A stretch of 64,000 nucleotides of DNA from an uncultured Granulosicoccaceae bacterium. GTDB taxonomy: Bacteria > Pseudomonadota > Gammaproteobacteria > AKS1. Below, one piece after another: positions 59,428-64,000 of the stretch. Both the position numbers and the translations under genes were made by a program. The DNA lies in the NCBI GenBank assembly GCA_964542925.1, contig CAZIWG010000003.1:10763-74762 (forward strand). Direction: 5' to 3'. The stretch's first letter is position 1. Each line of letters opens with the position of its first letter. The notes beneath the pieces are model-generated. The model was not told the origin of the DNA and did no database searches. It was given only the letters and a program-made list of their open reading frames with translations.

Positions 59428-60408
59428 TCATCCTGCCTTAACGGCTGAAGAACTATTTATTTCTGATATGTAATCAATGGTTCGATGTAAACCAGCACAC
59501 AAATCAACTTCCGGACTCCAATCCAACAAATTTTTTGCTTCCTGATTATCACAAAAACTACGTTTCATATCTGTTGGACGCATTTTCTGTTCATCTATTA
59601 CTACTGGAATATTACTAGCCATCAAATGAGTAACTTCTTTGGCAAGTGATTCAACTGTCCGCTCATGACCACCACCAATGCTTATTACGTGCCCATTAAT
59701 TTCTTTAGCATTCGCCGCAGCAAGTAGATAAACAGCGACGGCATCATCGATATATAAAGGATCACGAGTCTGGCCTCCTCCCATAAGTCTTACCTCAGAT
59801 TTTCCGTCAAGAACTGACTCTGTCACATAATTTATTAGATTAAATGGTTGACCAGGACCATAAATCAAGGTTGGTCGAACTGACACAATATTTATTCCAT
59901 ACAAGATTTTATAAAGCTTACACATTTGCCATGCAGTAGACTTACTAATAGCATATGAGCCAAGTGGTTCATCAACCATCGCTTCTCGATAGGGGACTGC
60001 ACAATCACCATAGTCTTTAGTACTATCACCAAAGACAAGTACTTTACAACCACTTTGGCGCATCCCTTCCAGTACATTAACTGTACCAATAATATTACTG
60101 GAGATAGCATGGCAAATCTGCTGATGAGACTCCATGCCATCAGGATGTGCGGCAAGATGTATAACAATGTCAGGAGGAAACTGATTTAAAACACTAATCG
60201 TATCATCCGCATTTTCAAGATTACAACCAACATATCTACATTTGGGTTTATCAACTAATCCCATCGGAATTACTCGATCCAGGGCTGTAATATTTGCCCC
60301 CATGGCAAGCATGTGCTCCACAACATGTCGACCAATAAACCCACAGGCTCCTGTCACGAGCACGTTGCTATGTTGGTATATCGTTATCAATGACTCAGAA
60401 TATTTCAT
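59428..60408 (-). CDS. NAD-dependent epimerase/dehydratase (extended SDR)
   Basis: VLVTGACGFIGRHV (GxxGxxG) and GSYAISK (YxxxK). 326 aa. Confidence 0.88.
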   Translation of the reverse strand: MKYSESLITIYQHSNVLVTGACGFIGRHVVEHMLAMGANITALDRVIPMGLVDKPKCRYVGCNLENADDTISVLNQFPPDIVIHLAAHPDGMESHQQICHAISSNIIGTVNVLEGMRQSGCKVLVFGDSTKDYGDCAVPYREAMVDEPLGSYAISKSTAWQMCKLYKILYGINIVSVRPTLIYGPGQPFNLINYVTESVLDGKSEVRLMGGGQTRDPLYIDDAVAVYLLAAANAKEINGHVISIGGGHERTVESLAKEVTHLMASNIPVVIDEQKMRPTDMKRSFCDNQEAKNLLDWSPEVDLCAGLHRTIDYISEINSSSAVKAG

Positions 60409-60439
60409 AATTATTTACCTGAGTTAACTAACCAGTTAT

Positions 60440-61192
60440 TTAAAATGCACCATCACCTAGCAATACTTGCTTCAGAGTCTGGTACAATATTTTCAGATCA
60501 TAGGTAAATGATCGGTTACGTATATATTCAAGATCTAGTTCAACAGTATCGTAAAATCCAAGACGCCCACGACCTGACACCTGAGCAAGTCCCGTTACAC
60601 CAGGGCGAACCGAGAATTTTTTAAGCATCTCGCCCTTGTAATATGGCAACATTTCCGGAATCTCGGGGCGAGGACCAACCAATGCCATATCACCAGTAAT
60701 TACATTCCAAAAATTTGGTAGTTCATCCAGACTGATCTTACGTAGCCACTCACCCTGTGGTGTAACCCGTGGATCATTTTCAACTTTGAATTTTAATTCC
60801 TGCATATCCTGCGGAGTATATTGATAGGTATACAATTCAGGAAAACGCTCACGAGCGTCAACATACATAGTGCGAAATTTAATAAATGGAAATAACTTGC
60901 GGCCTAAACCCACTCTACTTTGTCGAAATAAAACAGCCCCTGAAGTGCCAAATTTTATAATGACAGCAGTGAAAAACATTACGGGCAAACTAATTAAAAG
61001 AGCAATACTTGCAAAGACAACTTCGAAGACCCGTGTCCGAAATTCAATCTTGATGCGATTATTTTGAAATTTATCTGTTGCATTAATGATATAAGTATCT
61101 ACATCAGCATTCGTACTGACTTGCACTGTATCGACTAATTCTTCAACCCCTTTTTTATCGATCTCTTTAGCCGTATTAGTTTCGAGTAACAT
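60440..61192 (-). CDS. Small monotopic phosphoglycosyl transferase (bacterial sugar transferase, PglC/WbaP-C-like), initiating enzyme
   Basis: Single hydrophobic helix VVFASIALLISLPVMFFTAVIIKF, then DELPNFWNVITGDMALVGPRP and RPGVTGLAQVSGR motifs. Strong RBS AAGGAGAG upstream of the ATG at 61192. Confidence 0.88.
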   Translation of the reverse strand: MLLETNTAKEIDKKGVEELVDTVQVSTNADVDTYIINATDKFQNNRIKIEFRTRVFEVVFASIALLISLPVMFFTAVIIKFGTSGAVLFRQSRVGLGRKLFPFIKFRTMYVDARERFPELYTYQYTPQDMQELKFKVENDPRVTPQGEWLRKISLDELPNFWNVITGDMALVGPRPEIPEMLPYYKGEMLKKFSVRPGVTGLAQVSGRGRLGFYDTVELDLEYIRNRSFTYDLKILYQTLKQVLLGDGAF

Positions 61193-61870
61193 ATTCTCTC
61201 CTTAACTCTAAAATCTTCCGTAGCTTTACTAAATGACTACTTAATCACCAAATCAATTAGGCTTCCTAATTTAAGACAAGATGGCAATTCCCCCAAATTC
61301 AAACTAGTACTTTTGTATTACAAACAAACCTAACAACATAAAATAGAGCAAACCCCAAGCTAATGCCCTTATTTTACAGATGCACTGCAGTTAGGTTATC
61401 AACAAGATAACTCAACAACAAAGACATCTTCCTTCCAGTATATTGACGTAAGAAACGTACAGCGAAAACCCAATAAAATTTGGCAAATAAGATAGATATG
61501 AAAAAAGTAACGCCACATGCGTACCACTTTTAGTAAGTACTATCCTTTGCGTATTTCCCCGATGCGTTCCACACACCTATATATCGTTACTATTATTTTT
61601 TTTATGAACGACTATAACTAAACTCTACCAGTAGTTATGAAGGATCACAAACAAAATCTATCTTAATATTCACATATTACTTAACTAATTTACTGGGATA
61701 TTCTACTAAAGTTGAGCTTAATCTGAGCCTACCGTTTAGCCCCAAAATAACAACACTACTTTTACTCTACAGTTCGTAGATTTCCATTAATTATGCTCAT
61801 CTACATACAACATTAGCCTCGGCACCAACCCATCTTATTTTCTGACAACCTTCTCATAAAACTAGCACCA

Positions 61871-62675
<805 letters not shown>

Positions 62676-62761
62676 CTTATCTAAGGACAAATATTTGTTT
62701 TTTGCTCAATTAAATTGTTATTAACAGCTATTAAGCTGAATAACTAAAAATAGTGCCCTGC

Positions 62762-62791
62762 AAAAAGAAAAAGCCGAGCAAAGCCCGGCTT
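62762..62791 (-). terminator. Rho-independent terminator downstream of the DsrE-like gene
   Basis: Minus strand reads AGCCGGG-CTTTG-CTCGGCT followed by TTTTTCTTTTT (one mismatch in a 7-bp stem). Confidence 0.65.
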
Positions 62792-62813
62792 TTCCAACCC
62801 TTGGGAGGATTAC

Positions 62814-63284
62814 TTAAGGCTTAATGTAAACATAGCCTTTGTACTGTAATTCAGCTACTTCAGCTACGCCAGAAGGAACGATTTCAGCATTCAAGTTGAT
62901 CTTATCTTTAGGGATCTTCTTACCGCGTACTGTGTTTGCACAAAGGGCAAATTTAACACCACGGTTAGCAAGTGCTTGGATTTGATCACCGAAAGTATGA
63001 CCTTTCTTGTCTTTCTTACCGTCTACAACGATGAAACCGCCAGAGCTATGGAAAACCATAACCGCTTTCAAGTTTTTGTCGCCTAGAGCGTTAAGGTGAT
63101 TCTTCATGTTGCGTAAACCACGGTATCCCCAATTGATGTCATTCATGTGGTAAACAACTTTTTGAGCTTTGTAGCCGTTCTTAGCTGGAGCACGGTTATC
63201 AGCGCCACCACCCGATGCACAGCCAGTTAATGCTACTGCTAACACGCCAGCTGCAGCCAGCTTCAAAGTATTTTTAATAATCAT
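62814..63284 (-). CDS. DsrE/DsrF-like family lipoprotein
   Basis: Lipobox ALTGC|ASGG. KVVYHMND...AVMVFHSSGGFIVV...FALCANTV...VPSGVAEVAELQYKGYVYIKP resembles the DsrE/DsrF-like (COG1416-type) fold family. Strong RBS AGAGGAGAAG. Confidence 0.65.
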   Translation of the reverse strand: MIIKNTLKLAAAGVLAVALTGCASGGGADNRAPAKNGYKAQKVVYHMNDINWGYRGLRNMKNHLNALGDKNLKAVMVFHSSGGFIVVDGKKDKKGHTFGDQIQALANRGVKFALCANTVRGKKIPKDKINLNAEIVPSGVAEVAELQYKGYVYIKP

Positions 63285-63531
63285 TATTTACTTCTCCTCT
63301 CTTTATTATATTCTCAAAGCAACAATATTGTCGTTTGCGCAGTACTGATTTAACACTCATCCAAGCCCGATTGCCAGCAACATGGACAAATATTCATATC
63401 AATTCATTATTGTAATATTTATCAATAAGTTAAGTATTATTATACGTTTTTCTGTTATTAGCTCGCATTGCAAAAAGCACTGCATTACGCACCATTTATA
63501 GCTAATACATTGTAATTTACAATGATTTCAC

Positions 63532-64000
63532 TTACTCCTGAGTACTTCGTTTCAATTTGCGCCAAAGTGTTGTCTTATCTATGCCTAATATTTGGGCAGC
63601 GCGGGTCTTTTTACCCTTTGCATGACTCAAAACATGGCTAATATATGCCTGTTCAAGTTCTTCTAAGCTAACAAAGTTGGAGCCAGAAAATAGATCTTCT
63701 TTGAACGCCTTTTCACTTCCGTCGTCAGAAGAATCATACGACCAATTAAGCACTGCGTTATCCGCTAAAATAACACAACGCTCAACAACATTACGCAACT
63801 CACGTATATTCCCCGACCATGGTGCATCATATAAGCGCCTCATCGAAGCAGAGTCAAATCCTTTAACTTGCCTATCGTAACGGGTGCTAAATTCTTCTAC
63901 GAAATACTCAACAAAAGAAGGTATATCTTCCCTACGTTGTTCTAAGGTCGGCACATGAATATTAACAACGTTCAAACGATGATAAAAATCATGTCTGAAC
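63532..64000 (-). CDS. Sigma-54-dependent transcriptional activator, C-terminal part (gene continues beyond window end)
   Basis: End of the AAA+ domain (LNVVNIHVPTLEQRREDIP...YDAPWSGNIRELRNVVERCVIL) plus a C-terminal Fis-type HTH (KTRAAQILGIDKTTLWRKLKR). The reading frame is open to position 64000. Confidence 0.88.
   Translation of the reverse strand, partial: FRHDFYHRLNVVNIHVPTLEQRREDIPSFVEYFVEEFSTRYDRQVKGFDSASMRRLYDAPWSGNIRELRNVVERCVILADNAVLNWSYDSSDDGSEKAFKEDLFSGSNFVSLEELEQAYISHVLSHAKGKKTRAAQILGIDKTTLWRKLKRSTQE

Noticed and set aside
38489-61192. PEP-CTERM/exosortase-type EPS locus, suggested by the split Wzz-like and kinase-like genes plus a small OPX and small PGT.
   Set aside because: No exosortase (EpsH/XrtA) or EpsI-like gene is present, and no PEP-CTERM tail appears on the BNR or GH proteins. 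No asparagine synthase, FemAB or PrsK/PrsR-type genes are visible either. A generic Wzx/Wzy pathway is the safer description.

Overview
This is a chromosomal window of gammaproteobacterial type. By eye it is AT-rich, roughly 40% GC (not computed). CbbY-type HAD, DsrE-like and SulP genes hint weakly at a marine autotroph or sulfur-oxidiser lifestyle. Most of it is conserved housekeeping synteny: yciV/yciB/yciI/bolA-like, ligA, zipA-smc, queF, cysZ, dksA-gluQ, and the full rimP-nusA-infB-rbfA-truB-rpsO-pnp operon. Two accessory blocks interrupt that synteny. (1) About 10.5 kb of six plus-strand membrane genes (SulP, EptA/MCR-family phosphoethanolamine transferase, SulP, DASS, NhaD, ArsB/NhaD-family) sits between zipA and ligA. 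(2) About 24 kb of visibly more AT-rich Wzx/Wzy-type polysaccharide genes (38.2-62.5 kb) sits between the initiator tRNA-fMet (62558-62634) and rimP. These two are adjacent and co-transcribed in E. coli, and here a decayed IS3 element lies next to the tRNA. The island is the best candidate for something undescribed. It encodes a roughly 27-blade BNR/Asp-box secreted giant protein. It also encodes a BY-kinase-like ATPase with substituted catalytic residues and an N-terminal MshEN/GspE-N-like (possible c-di-GMP sensing) domain. Further genes are a radical-SAM/SPASM enzyme, a clan-GH-A-like hydrolase with two tandem binding-module-like domains, a PIG-L deacetylase and two methyltransferases. Outside the island, DksA carries an N-terminal extension of about 95 aa that is histone-H1/AlgP-like (AKK repeats) and contains a perfect 45-bp tandem duplication. 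An alpha/beta-hydrolase gene is a deletion-plus-nonsense pseudogene. I recognised no CRISPR array, rRNA gene or known phage-defence genes. All assignments come from reading the translations and DNA by eye. No database search was run.
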